Assembly (NCBI GenBank): GCA_002269645.1
Contig: NIVC01000200.1
Span: forward strand, 729,167-793,166
Length of the DNA stretch: 64,000 nucleotides
From: Macrostomum lignano
Taxonomy: Eukaryota
Direction: 5' to 3'
In this document: positions 11,089-23,838 of the stretch, one piece after another
Layout: each line of letters begins with the position of its first letter
How positions within the stretch are numbered: position 1 is the stretch's first letter
Translations under genes and position numbers: made by a program
Notes under the pieces: model-generated
What the model was told of the DNA's origin: nothing
Seen by the model: only the letters and a program-made list of their open reading frames with translations
Database searches by the model: none

Positions 11089-14000
11089 TACAAGTGCTAA
11101 CACTTTATACTTTTCTTCTCATTTCTTTTCTCTTCCCTTTTTTGTTTTCTCAAATCATTTGGCATACCCTATTTATTTTGCTAATACTCTGCATTGCTAA
11201 TGTTCTATTGAATAATACCCATTAATAATTTGCTCACGACTTGTACTCTACCTTAGCTTTTTTCGACTTTAATTTTGAGCCTTGCCCTGCAGCTCCCCTG
11301 GTATCATTTGTTGTCAAGTCAATCTAAATGTTCAATAACTAACTATCCTACTAATTATAATAAATGAACATTAATTTCCTTTAGTTTCTCTTGCTTAATA
11401 CCTAATTAAAATTAATTAATTAAAAGCCATAGCCTATCCTAAGTCATTTGCCCATGAGGCATAAAATAACCAAGTTCTCAACTCAAAAAAGCCCTGAGAC
11501 TTCAATGTTCTATAATACATAAATTATGGTAAGAGGCAGCGCTACTCTATTCATAGATAGTAATAAGTCAAACATATAAGATACATCTGTTTCAGTGTCT
11601 AAGGACCTGTTCTGAATGCTTGCGCCAAATGAAGACTGCTCGCCTGTGATCAAAACTACTTTCCCCCCAGAATTGCGGACCCCAGCAACCAGAGTAATAG
11701 GAGAATTTTCGTTAGAGTTAGTCTACACAATTTTCTAGATTTAATTTGTGTAAGCTCAATATTGGCAGCAATTCAAAAGTCAGAACCACCCCAATTGGTG
11801 TCAAACCAACCAAGCCACCTCTCTAATTTTAATTTCTCCACCCTCACTTCACTAGCATAGAAAATACTATTACTAGGGCCTAACCTAATAAAAATTTTTT
11901 ATAATACTTAGCATTGCAAATAAAATATAAAACTATGATGGTCTATGGCATCCATTATTAACATTTTACTTTAAATGAAATAGTTTATACAGCCTTTAAT
12001 GCCTATTATGGCTATGAATTTAATTAACTAATTAATTAATTATATTATATTAACTATATATTAATATATTTATAGGCACAATTATGAAATCTAAGGTTTC
12101 AACAAATATTGCTTCCAATGATCAAAATTCAATTAAAACATAATAATCCATATTGCTCATAGGTCATAGTGATTAGTCATAGCCTTTTCCCATGCTTTTT
12201 CTTATTTTAAGGCCAATTAATTTTATTTTCAATGGCCTACGTATAAATCCCTAATAATAGGCCTAATAAGTATCACTGTATCAGTAGGCCTATGCTAGGA
12301 AAGACGTTATTTTTTGTTTCAGATATTTTTCTATTGTGAATTGACTTTTATTCTACAGAATTGGCTATTATAAAAGGCTTGGCTCAGTAACTTTTCTCGT
12401 AAATTAATTTTAAGCTTCTGAACAAATGTAAACATGTGTGATGCGTATGTGTCTTATTAAAAGTACAAGACTAGAAGGTAGAACTAGAAGCGATTGTCAA
12501 CTTCTAAATAAACAACAGAACAGAAGAATACCGATTATTTATTGCTATTATTCATTAGCAATAGCATACGAGCATCTTAAAGCGTCACGGACTCGAGCAA
12601 GTTGCAAGCTGTTTAGGCCTATTATCAAATCACAAATTTAAGGGTGCACAGCTTGCAAATAAGAATTCTGCTGGTTTAAACTTTACAAATTTGTCAGATG
12701 ACAACTGCCTGCTTAGTTAAATTATAACCATTCTGAAATATAAAGTAATAACTTTTTTACCGATTAATTGTAAGCAATGCTTTATTTTTTTCAGAAAAAA
12801 TAGTTTTTTACCATTTTTGTTATGCTTTTTTGAGTTTACGAAATGAATGGTGCTCGTTCGTTGGTTGTCTTGAGCTGAATCTGTAGTTAGTCAATTACGA
12901 GTAATAAAAAATTTAAGTGAAAAGAAAATTTATATATACGATGTACGATGGAGAGGCCTTTAAGTTTCCAGTCAAGTACCAAAACCCTTACTTTGCTACC
13001 GTGTTTCGTCTTTTGCACGAAAACTTTTTGTCGCGCGAACTTGACTAAGGAATTTTCAAAGAAATCATTACCAGTTTTCTTAAATTTTGTGACACTTGAC
13101 AGTGACACTTTTTTACCTTTTTATTGCTGTCGTCTGTTGTTGCCGCATGAAAGATTTTTGCTAACGTTTCAACAGGTTTTTCAATATGTGAATATATGTA
13201 TGCAATAATAAAATGTATTGATTCTTATAAAATGTTTACTAGATCAATGTGGGCATGTGGCTAGACATAGTAGCATGCACAGGCACAGCTAATGTTTAGG
13301 CAATGAAATCCAACATGTGTGCCTAAATGTTTGTTCGAACTGACTTAATTGAACCTACACTATGGAACACTATCAAAAAAATTTAATTGGGATATAGCTT
13401 ATCTGTGTATTGTTTTTTGATAATTTTATTACATGTCAACTTTGTCTTTTAAGGTTTTTTAAAACTCAAAATGATTTTTTAAGCCAATATTTATCTAATC
13501 ATAAAACTAGGCCTAGCAATTCGACAGTTCCAGTTTCTAGTCTAGGAGAAAATATAATCATTTTTCCTCTTATTTGGATTTTTACAATTTTTTATTTACA
13601 ACTTATAAGCCAGTTAAGTTATAAGTTATGCCCTTGAAAATATATCCGTTCTTCTTCTTCAATTTTGTCTTAACATTGTATCAGCATCCCACATTTGACA
13701 AAAACAAATCTCAGCATTTTTACGATTGTTAATAGCTTTTTAGAGGACATTTAGGTTTTGGTTTTATTAGATTGCTTTTATCTTATCTTATCCTATCTTA
13801 TATTATCTTATCCTATTATCTATTATCTATCTTATTATTACTATTACTACTATACTAACATAATTACTATTATGTTAGTATGTAGATAATGTCTTTATAT
13901 GCAATTACCAAATGTATTAAAATTATAATTTAGCTGCTGTATTTTATATATATTACTATTCTAACATTAATATTCTTTCATCCTTTATTTAAAAATTTTT

Positions 14001-14588
14001 ACTCTGAAAATAACAATGGACTATGTCATTTGAATAAGAAGTAAATAGCTTTAAATTAATTAATTAACTAATCACTAGTAGTCAGGGGGCTTTGGGATTC
14101 ATGGTCCCCTAATTGCTTCCAAAATTATGATGCCAATTCATTATGGGTTTAGTCACCCCAAAGGTGCCCCCCTGTCCCCCTACTAAAAATCCTTGTCATG
14201 CCACCTGCCAATAGCACCTCTTTTTTGGTCTAACAAGAAAAATCAATAGTTGTACAATTATAACTTATTGGACACTTTTTCTAACTAAAAAGAATATACA
14301 GTTATCCAGCTTAATTTTTTCACCATTGTGCACCATTCCAATGGTGCCAGTGTGTTTCCAAACTGTACTGACTTTACTAATAGTAGTATAAGTAGTATAA
14401 AAATGCACTAAAAAGTTGTCAAAGGCGCTATAAGTTATACATTGGCTAGCTCATTTTGTCAACTCATTATTTAGTAACGAAAAAATGGTTGGCATGTGTT
14501 AATAGTGTAATTACTATATTTGTTTTGGTGTTAAAACTTAAAATTTTTTATCCTCGGGTCTGGTTTTGGAAGTGTCTTTTCAATTGGG

Positions 14589-15198
14589 TAGGCGACATTT
14601 AGTTTGAATAGGCGAGATTTAGTTTGAATAGGCGACATTTAGTTTGAATAGGCGCCATTTAGTTTGAATAGGCGAGATTTAGTTTGAATAGGCGCCATTT
14701 AGTTTGAATAGGCGACATTTAGTTTGAATAGGCGAGATTTAGTTTGAATAGGCGACATTTCATTTGAATAGGCGCCATTTAGTTTGAATAGGCGACATTT
14801 CATTTGAATAGGCGCCATTTAGTTTGAATAGGCGACATTTCATTTGAATAGGCGCCATTTAGTTTGAATAGGCGACATTTCATTTGAATAGGCGCCATTT
14901 AGTTTGAATAGGCGAAATTTCATTTGAATAGGCGCCATTTAGTTTGAATAGGCGACATTTCATTTGAATAGGCGACATTTAGTTTGAATAGGCGACATTT
15001 CATTTGAATAGGCGCCATTTAGTTTGAATAGGCGACATTTCATTTGAATAGGCGACATTTAGTTTGAATAGGCGACATTTCATTTGAATAGGCGACATTT
15101 AGTTTGAATAGGCGACATTTCATTTGAATAGGCGCCATTTAGTTTGAATAGGCGACATTTAGTTTGAATAGGTGCCATTTATTTTAAATAGGCGCCAT
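14589..15198. repeat. 20-bp tandem minisatellite (GGCGACATTTAGTTTGAATA)n, about 30 units, with an alternating 40-bp dimer
   Basis: Directly visible; GGCGACATTTCATTTGAATA alternates with GGCGCCATTTAGTTTGAATA from about 14750. Confidence 0.96.
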
Positions 15199-16271
15199 AT
15201 TCGTGTACTTTCCTTGCCCTTCCCTTGGCTACACCCACCAGTTTAGCAACTCTGTGCACTCCTGTAAGAAATAATCTTTCGCTAGTTATTTCTGCTAGGA
15301 GTGCTTTCCCTGTAACTAATCAATAACTATTTAAAATTTTGCTCATTAATTGGATAAATGAAACTAGATCGATCCGACCTGAGCAACTTTTATGCTATAA
15401 ATTTATAGTTTAGCTGCACTCAGTAAAGTGGCAGCCAAGCTGAAGCTTAAACACTAAATCTCGAGCAAATGTCTCTCGCTTAAATTTGTACGTAATTACT
15501 CTTTCTCTTACACCCCACCCGGCCTTTTCCGTGCATTTCTTCTTTCTTAGAAAACTGCTGTAGCAACCCATTAATTTCATATATTCCACGCCAATTTAAT
15601 AGTCACTTAAGCCTGTATAATATTTGCATTTGGCTTTAGCCATGGGGTAAGAGAGAGACAGAGACAGGGGGACTGCAACTTTACCGTGTGTTCTCTCACC
15701 ATTCGATTGAATACCATTTCAGCGTATTTTATGAAAAGATTTTCGTCTTTGTGGGTGGGTCAGAGTTGTGGGCTCTTAAAAGAATCAGCCAGCGTGAAAA
15801 AAAAGATTTGCCTAGACAAAGTCCGCGATTGTTGTAAACAAGTAACAACGTAGAGAAGAAAAACAAAATAAAATTAGGGCACAGCTGCTGGGGGTCGATT
15901 CAAGGCTATTTTCTAAGAAGTGCTGCAAAGAAGCAGCAACGCTAAATTATTTAAAGTAACTTGTTTAAAGGCCCATTTGGCACTAAATTAATAACTTTAT
16001 TATCTTCTGTGCTAGACATTCGATTCTGTAGTAATGAAAATAGTGCTTTTCATCTCTCTAATGTAAGCTTTATTACATTATAATGTTAGATTTGAGGTTT
16101 TTGCACCAATTCTGCCCAGAAGATTTTCGTGTGATTCACAGCCATAAGGTCGAACGACCACGAGGCTGGGCGCTTTCATATTTCCGAAATTTCATGTCTC
16201 CAAAAGCACCTCTTTCATAAATCTGACCCTTCAAATATCCGACAGGCAAAACTCTAAACCTAAACCCGAAT

Positions 16272-18742
16272 GGAGATATGAATTGTCGGATATATGAAGT
16301 GTCGTAGATATGAAGTGTCGGAGATATGAAGTGTCGTAGATATGAAGTGTCGGAGATATGAAGTGTCGTAGATATGAAGTGTCGGAGATGTGAAGTGTCG
16401 GAGATATGAAGTGTCGGAGATATGGAGTGTCGGAGATATGAAGTGTCGGAGATATGAAGTGTCGGAGATATGGAGTGTCGGAGATATGAAGTGTCGGAGA
16501 TATGTAAGTGTCGGAGATGTGAAGTGTCGGAGATGTGAAGTGTCGGAGATGTGAAGTGTCGGTGATGTGAAGTGTCGGATATGTGAAGTGTCGGAGATGT
16601 GAAGTGTCGGAGATATGAAGTGTCGAATATATGAAGTGTCGGAGATGTGAAGTGTCGGATATATGAAGTGTCGGAGATGTGAAGTGTCGGAGATTTGAAG
16701 TGTCGGGGATGTGAAGTGTCGGGGATATAATGTGTCGGAGATATGAAGTGTCGGAGATGTGAAGTGTCGGAGATATGAAGTGTCAGAGATATAGAGTGTC
16801 GGGGATATAATGTGTCGGAGATATGAAGTGTCGGAGATGTGAAGTGTCGGAGATATGAAGTGTCGTAGATATGAAGTGTCGGGGATGTGAAGTGTCGGAG
16901 ATATGAAGTGTCGGGGATGTGAAGTGTCGGAGATATGAAGTGTCGGAGATATGGAGTGTCGGAGATATGAAGTGTCGGAGATATGAAGTGTCGGAGATAT
17001 GTAAGTGTCGGAGATGTGAAGTGTCGGAGATGTGAAGTGTCGTGGATATAATGTGTCGGAGATATGAAGTGTCCGAGATGTGAAGTGTCGGAGATATGTA
17101 AGTGTCGGAGATGTGAAGTGTCGGAGATATGAAGTGTCAGAGATATGGAGTGTCAGAGATATGGAGTGTCGGGGATGTGAAGTGTCGGAGATATGAAGTG
17201 TCAGAGATGTGAAGTGTCGGGGATGTGAAGTGTCGGAGATGTGAAGTGTCGGGGATATAATGTGTCGGAGATATGAAGTGTCGGAGATGTGACGTGTCGG
17301 AGATGTGAAGTGTCGGACATATGAAGTGTCAGAGATATGGAGTGTCAGAGATATGGAGTGTCGGGGATGTGAAGTGTCGGAGATATGAAGTGTCGGAGAT
17401 GTGAAGTGTCGGACATATGAAGTGTCGGAGATATGAAGTGTCGGGGATATAATGTGTCGGAGATATGAAGTGTCGGAGATGTGACGTGTCGGAGATGTGA
17501 AGTGTCGGACATATGAAGTGTCAGAGATATGGAGTGTCAGAGATATGGAGTGTCGGGGATGTGAAGTGTCGGAGATATGAAGTGTCGGAGATGTGAAGTG
17601 TCGGGGATGTGAAGTGTCGGAGATATGAAGTGTCGGGGATATAATGTGTCGGAGATATGAAGTGTCGGAGATGTGAAGTGTCGGACATATGAAGTGTCAG
17701 AGATATGAAGTGTCGGAGATGTGAAGTGTCGGACATATGAAGCGTCAGAGATATGAAGTGTCGGATATGTGAAGTGTCGGAGATGTGAAGTGTCGGAGAT
17801 ATGTAAGTGTCGGAGATGTGAAGTGTCGGAGATATGAAGTGTCGGAGATGTGAAGTGTCGGAGATATGAAGTGTCGGAGATGTGAAGTGTCGGACATATG
17901 AAGTGTCAGAGATATGGAGTGTCGGGGATGTGAAGTGTCGGCCATATGAAGTGTCAGAGATATGGAGTGTCAGAGATATGGAGTGTCGGGGATGTGAAGT
18001 GTCGGAGATATGAAGTGTCGGAGATTTGAAGTGTCGGGGATGTGAAGTGTCGGAGATATGAAGTGTCGGGGATATAATGTGTCGGAGATATGAAGTGTCG
18101 GAGATGTGAAGTGTCGGACATATGAAGTGTCAGAGATATGAAGTGTCGGATATGTGAAGTGTCGGAGATGTGAAGTGTCGGAGATATGTAAGTGTCGGAG
18201 ATGTGAAGTGTCGGAGATATGAAGTGTCGGAGATATGAAGTGTCGGAGATATGAAGTGTCGGAGAGTGTGAAGTGTCGGAGATATGAAGTGTCAGAGATA
18301 TGGAGTGTGTGAAGTGTCGGAGATATGAAGTGTCGGAGATGTGAGAGTGTCGGAGATATGATGTCGGAAGTGTCGGAGAGATATGAAGTGTCGGAGATAT
18401 GAAGTGTCGGATATGTGTCGGAGATATGAAGTGTCGGAAGTGTCGAATATGAAGTGTCAGAGATATGAAGTGTCGGATATGTGAAGTGTCGGAGATGTGA
18501 AGTGTCGGAGATATGAAGTGTCGTAGATATGATGTGTCGGGGATGTGAAGTGTCGGAGATATGAAGTGTCGGGGATGTGAAGTGTCGGAGATATGAAGTG
18601 TCGGAGATATGGAGTGTCGGAGATATGAAGTGTCGGAGATATGAAGTGTCGGAGATATGGAGTGTCGGAGATGTGAAGTGTCGGAGATGTGCAGTGTTGG
18701 AGATGTGAAGTGTCGGAGATGTGAAGTGTCGGAGATGTGAAG
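16272..18742. repeat. 16-bp tandem minisatellite (GTGTCGGAGATATGAA)n, about 150 units
   Basis: Directly visible; variants GATGTGAA, GATATGGA, GGGATATAAT; degrades near 18280-18460. Confidence 0.97.
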
Positions 18743-19618
18743 TTGTGCAGCGGCCCTGACTGTCTGATCGTCAGGCAGTTACACCCTCTGTGCCTTAGGG
18801 GCTGGCCATCATGGGTATGAATCGCACCTGGGCCAATTCTCATGCGCACACAAGCCTAAATGAATGTGGCAGCGCACGATATTGAACCGGTGGTCGTGAC
18901 GCGGAGAGTCGGATGCGTTTACCGCTGAGATGCTCAGCCCCTCGGGCCAGTATCCAAGGCAGAAGTATCAGATTGCATTCAGGCAGCTCTAAAAGCCCGT
19001 AACCCCTTGTCTCCCTGTCTCTGGTGCTTCTATATAGCCAATTCATCTCATTTTTACCGTTACTCGCAGACCAACTCGAACAAAATCTGCATTTCAGTTT
19101 AGCGTGTCTGCCTGTGCGTGCGTGCATTTGTGCTGGCTTCCAGCTCTTCTCCACTGCGGTAGAAAAGTGAGCAGTCTGCACAGTTTAAAACTTAAAATAC
19201 AAGACTTCGGCGATAAATGTGCATTAGACGGCTATTCTGCAAGACTGCGAGAGTATGAATGCAATTCGAATGGGGGGGGGTTTACAAGCGAGTTCGTTCG
19301 GGGTGGCTGGCACAGCCCCACCCAAGCAAACTTCGAGCACATAGCGCGCTATGCCGGCTGGAGTGTCTGGCAAACTCTATTAAACCTCGAGCCTAAACAA
19401 GCAACCTGCGTTGTTTGGTCCGTAAGGGCAGAACGGTTTTTTCTCTCCTGCGGCGTTTTCGACCTGCCATTCAGACCTTTTTTTCTGTTCTATCCAAAAC
19501 TAATATATAAGCGTAAGTTTTATGCTCAGATAGTGGCTCAACGCTAAATTCTAGGGACTCATAAGTGTTGTTTGAGTCGGATTAGTTTAATTATAAAACC
19601 GAAACTTCAAACTTCATC

Positions 19619-20041
19619 ATGACTGCCGCTTCCAGTCCGTTGCTGCTGAGGCGATCCTTGTCGCTCGCACCGCAGCCTCCGCCGCATCATCAGCATTTAC
19701 ACATTCACCAGCGCATTGGTAAGCCGCGACAGCCACAGCGACAGAATAGTAACACTAATAGTAACAGCGGTGGTAGTACGAACGGCAGTAATATGAGCAG
19801 AGAGCAGTTGGCTCAACGGCTGAGACACAACTGGGCTGCAAGAGACACGCAGGTTCAGCAACAGCAACAGCAGCAAACTGCGGCAGCTGTGATGGCCGCA
19901 GCAGCAGTTAACCACGACGCTCTGTTTTCACCGACAGCTGTTGGCAAGTTGGCAGCTGCCGCGGCCGCCGCCGCGGTGACTGGAAATGGTGGTGGCAGCG
20001 GTGCGACGGACATGGATCTGACTAACCTAGGCTGGCTACAA
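19619..20041 (+). CDS. foxJ1: FoxJ1-like forkhead transcription factor, exon 1 of 3 (model 19619-20041, 20321-20947, 24927-26069; 730 aa)
   Basis: ATG at 19619, donor CAA|GTAAGC at 20041/20042 (phase 0). Ends in DLTNLGWLQ, the LTxLxWLQ N-terminal motif typical of FoxJ/FoxN proteins. Confidence 0.8.
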
Positions 20042-20320
20042 GTAAGCACTGAGTTTTGATTGGCATGGATTTTTTTTTTCTGCTAAACGTAAACGTAAGC
20101 GCGCTAATATAGCAATGCTAAGCTAACAGTCTGCGTAGAAAGAAGAGTTAGAAAAGATAGGACCCTTTGACAAACAAGCGTGGAGGGAGAAGCGTTTACT
20201 GCTAGAGCTGTTTATTCAAGATAAAGACAGCTTAGATCTTAAAGTACGAATTGATGCTTTAGCCGACGGGGGTGTGTGGTGCATAATCCTGCAACTAGCG
20301 TCTCGTTATCAACCTCGCAG

Positions 20321-20683
20321 AACATGAACCTGATGAAGCTGACTCCGCCAACTCCGCCAGCTTCGCCGCAGCCTCCATCGGCGGCCGCAATGGCGGCAGC
20401 GGCTGCAGCAGCGGACGCAGCTGCCGCTGCATCTGCAGCCGCATCGGCGGTGGCGGTGCTTGGCTCCGAGGTGATTCTAGTCGAGCAAACGGTAGCTGAC
20501 TCTCTGCAGTTCTATACACAGCAGCAGCATCAGCAGAGCTACCTGTCAGCTTCCGGTAATTCGAGGCCCAACCTCCATCGAGCAATCTCTTCGCCAAATT
20601 TTCAACCTTCAACAAACGGTGGGTTGCCGTATGCAAATCAGTCGCTATTGACGTCGCAGCATCATCATAGTCAGCAGCAGCAT

Positions 20684-20718
<35 letters not shown>

Positions 20719-20947
20719 ACATCAACAATCGTTGATTCAACTGCCACCATCGGCGCCTCCAATCCCACCGAAGCCAGATCCGGAATATGCGGCCGATCCG
20801 ACCCTCCGACCGCCCTATTCTTTTTCTACTCTAATCTACATGGCGTTGAAAAGTCTGAAGAAATCGAAAATGACTCTGCAGGAAATCTGCGACTGGATTG
20901 GGGCGCATTTTGCATTCTATGGCAGTTCGGCCGATCAAAGCTGGCAG
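20321..20947 (+). CDS. foxJ1: FoxJ1-like forkhead transcription factor, exon 2 (poly-A/poly-Q region and N-half of the forkhead domain)
   Basis: Acceptor CGCAG|AAC, donor CAG|GTGAGG, both phase 0. DPTLRPPYSFSTLIYMALKSLKKSKMTLQEICDWI...SWQ matches FoxJ1 [35 protein letters not shown]...TWQ. Confidence 0.9.
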
Positions 20948-21121
20948 GTGAGGAGTTATAGTCGCAGTGATTAAGTACGCGCTAGCAATCAATTAAAAAG
21001 GTGCTCTTGCTGCTGAAAATAAGAGAGCATTGTACAGGTATAAAGGTATTAGTTGTGATTCACGTGGTACCTGAGATATTTCTGTTTTCTCAGAAATACC
21101 ATTCGATGTACAAGGAATGTA

Positions 21122-22152
21122 CACCTTTTTACTTTCTATTTTGAAAAATCTGCACTCAATATTGCATGGTATCGCTTGTAGAAATGTTCAACCTATTTTG
21201 ACAAACTCAAATGCAATAATGACGAATTTCAACCGAAAATGACAAACCTTTATTAACAATTTGCAAGCAACTTTGACAATCGGTTACAAAACAGTGCCTC
21301 TGTCTCGCCGTCTATGGAACAAAGCTTGCATATGTGCACCCATTTTTGACAGATTGCATCCAAAAGTGACAGATTGCATTAGCACACATTGAAAAAAACC
21401 TTAGTTAGCCGTATAAAATACACTAGCTAATCAGTTTGCCAAGTCGTATTACGTTCTGTATGGCAGGTCCGCGATTCAACGCCAAAGTTAGCGACGACGA
21501 CAGGAGGCGGTTAACCCAGTAATTAACCGGTTAACTACTGCCCATGAGAATGGTGACGACTTTTTTACCTGGCTCGTGCCTTGGGGATCAAAAGAACCAC
21601 TGCAGCGTATGCCGTTGGTAGAATTGGACGAGTAGAAAAGCTGCCAAATGGAGATCAGCCGTTCAGATCAGAGTTAATCAGGCCATGCTGGCGGTTTCAT
21701 GAAGAACTCGATTTAGTCAAATCCCAATATTGCTCTGGCCAGGACCTGGGATCAGCGAACACTCGCCGGGGCGATTGGCCAGGGCAAACTCTCACTGGAT
21801 CAGCCAGGGCGCGTAGGCCCCGCTAGGGTTGGGATCGGATCTTTAATTGTCACTTTTGGATGCACTCTGTCAAAAATGGATGCACATATGCAAGCTTCGT
21901 TCCATAGACGGCGAGACAAAGGCACTGTTTTGTAACCGAGTGTCAAAACTGAATGCACACTGTCAAAATTGCTTGCAAATTGTTAATAAAGATTGAAGTT
22001 TGTCATTTTCGGTTGAAATTCGTCATTATTGCATTTGAGTTTGTCAAAATAGGTTGAACATTTCTACAAGCGATACCATGCAGACTGTCAAAATTGAATG
22101 CAAACATGTCAATATTGAGTGCAGATTTTTCAGAAAAGAAAGTAAAAAGGTG
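21122..22152. mobile_element. Foldback/MITE-like element with long inverted arms (21122-21371 and 21848-22152), TA-flanked
   Basis: The right arm is the reverse complement of the left arm plus small insertions. Termini are TA|CACCTTTTTACTTTC and GAAAGTAAAAAGGTG|TA. The arms contain repeated TGTCAAAA words. Confidence 0.8.
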
Positions 22153-22164
22153 TAGCACGGTGTC

Positions 22165-22945
22165 TGAGGAATCTGATGCGGTGGCTAAGGGATCTGATAG
22201 GGATCTGATGCGGTGTCTGAGGGATCTGATAGGGATCTGATGCGGTGTCTGAGGGATCTGATAGGGATCTGATGCGGTGTCTGAGGGATCTGATAGGGAT
22301 CTGATGCGGTGTCTGAGGGATCTGATAGGGATCTGATGCGGTGTCTGAGGGATCTGATGCGGTGTCAGAGGGATCTGATGCGGTGTCAGAGGGATCTGAT
22401 AGGGATCTGATGCGGTGTCTGAGGGATCTGATGCGGTGTCTGAGGGATCTGATAGGGATCTGATGCGGTGTCTGAAGGATCTGATGCGGCGGCTAAGGGA
22501 TCTGATGCGGTGTCTGAGGGATCTGATGCAGTGTCAGAGGGATCTGATGCGGTGTCTGAGGGATCTGATAGGGATCTGATGCGGTGTCTGAAGGATCTGA
22601 TGCGGTGTCTGAAGGATCTGATGCGGTGGCTAAGGGATCTGATGCGGTGTCTGAGGGATCTGATGCGGTGTCTGAGGGATCTGATGCGGTGTCAGAGGGA
22701 TCTGATAGGGATCTGATGCGGTGTCTGAAGGATCTGATGCGGTGTCTGAAGGATCTGATGCGGCGGCTAAGGAATCTGATGCGGTGTCTGAAGGATCTGA
22801 TGCGGTGTCAGAGGGATCTAATGCGGTGTCAGAGGGATCTGATGCGGTGTCTGAGGGATCTGATGCGGTGTCAGAGGGATCTGATGCGGTGTCAGAGGGA
22901 TCTAATGCGGTGTCAGAGGGATCTGATGCGGTGTCAGAGGGATCT
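22165..22945. repeat. 21-bp minisatellite (GAGGGATCTGATGCGGTGTCT)n with interspersed 11-bp AGGGATCTGAT subunits
   Basis: Directly visible, in FoxJ1-like intron 2. Confidence 0.96.
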
Positions 22946-23838
22946 GTTTGGGCTAGTTTCAGAATTTTTTCTTACAGACACTGTAGACAGTTGATCGAAA
23001 GTGGCAAAATACGGTATTTATTCAATTGGGACCTGTTTTCGAAATGTTCCAACAATTATTCAAAGTAAACACTACATTTTATCGTGGTTTGACCAACTCT
23101 GATCTGTGGCATACAGCCAGTTAGTTAACGCCCAACCAACTATGAATTTAAGTTAATTGAAGACTCAATTAAGCTTCGCCGTTTAACTGAATCTTATCTT
23201 ATCTATTGTGCTGAGCAGTTTTAAGAAGAATAAACCTAAACTTTACTCTTTTATCTAATCTGTCTGTCTGACAGCAGTGTCTTCTAATCCTCTTGTGAGT
23301 AGGAATTTTTTATAGTTAGCCAATTTCATAGAATGACATGCAGAAGTTTTTCGCATCCTGACAATGCACTTTTAGGGAGACTATATCCTCATATTTTAAT
23401 ACTAGTTGGCTCTATGAAGTCATTATATATTCTCTCTGAAGCAGCAAAATTCTCTTCACAATAGCAGAGAGCTGTGTTAGTAGGCTGGCCGTAAACTGGA
23501 CAATGGGTCGTGTACTATATAAAGTTTTTAACCATGGCGAGTACGCCATTGGGGAGCTTTCTTCCCACGGTTGGGACGAGATGGGAGCTGAGTGAGACAT
23601 CGCCTGGAGTAAGAGATGATGAAGAGAACGCGGGAACTGTGCAAACACTGTTGTAGCGCAAAGGAAACTTTGCAGAAAAAAATCAAATAGCAATTCTGCT
23701 TTTTACTTGATTTATTAACGATTTAAAACTGGCGAAGATGCATCAGTACGTGTTTTATGGCCCATGTACCTGAGGAAAGATGGGTAGAGCTTTGGAGACA
23801 TTTTTCAATGCCCATATTTGGAGATGTGTTATCGGGCG

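Noticed and set aside
17521-18849. ORFs with LRHFISPTLHISDTS repeats
   Set aside because: Read-through of the 16-bp minisatellite.
23412-23693. 93-aa minus-strand ORF as a nested gene in the FoxJ1-like intron
   Set aside because: No recognisable motif, non-ATG start, and no convincing splice sites.
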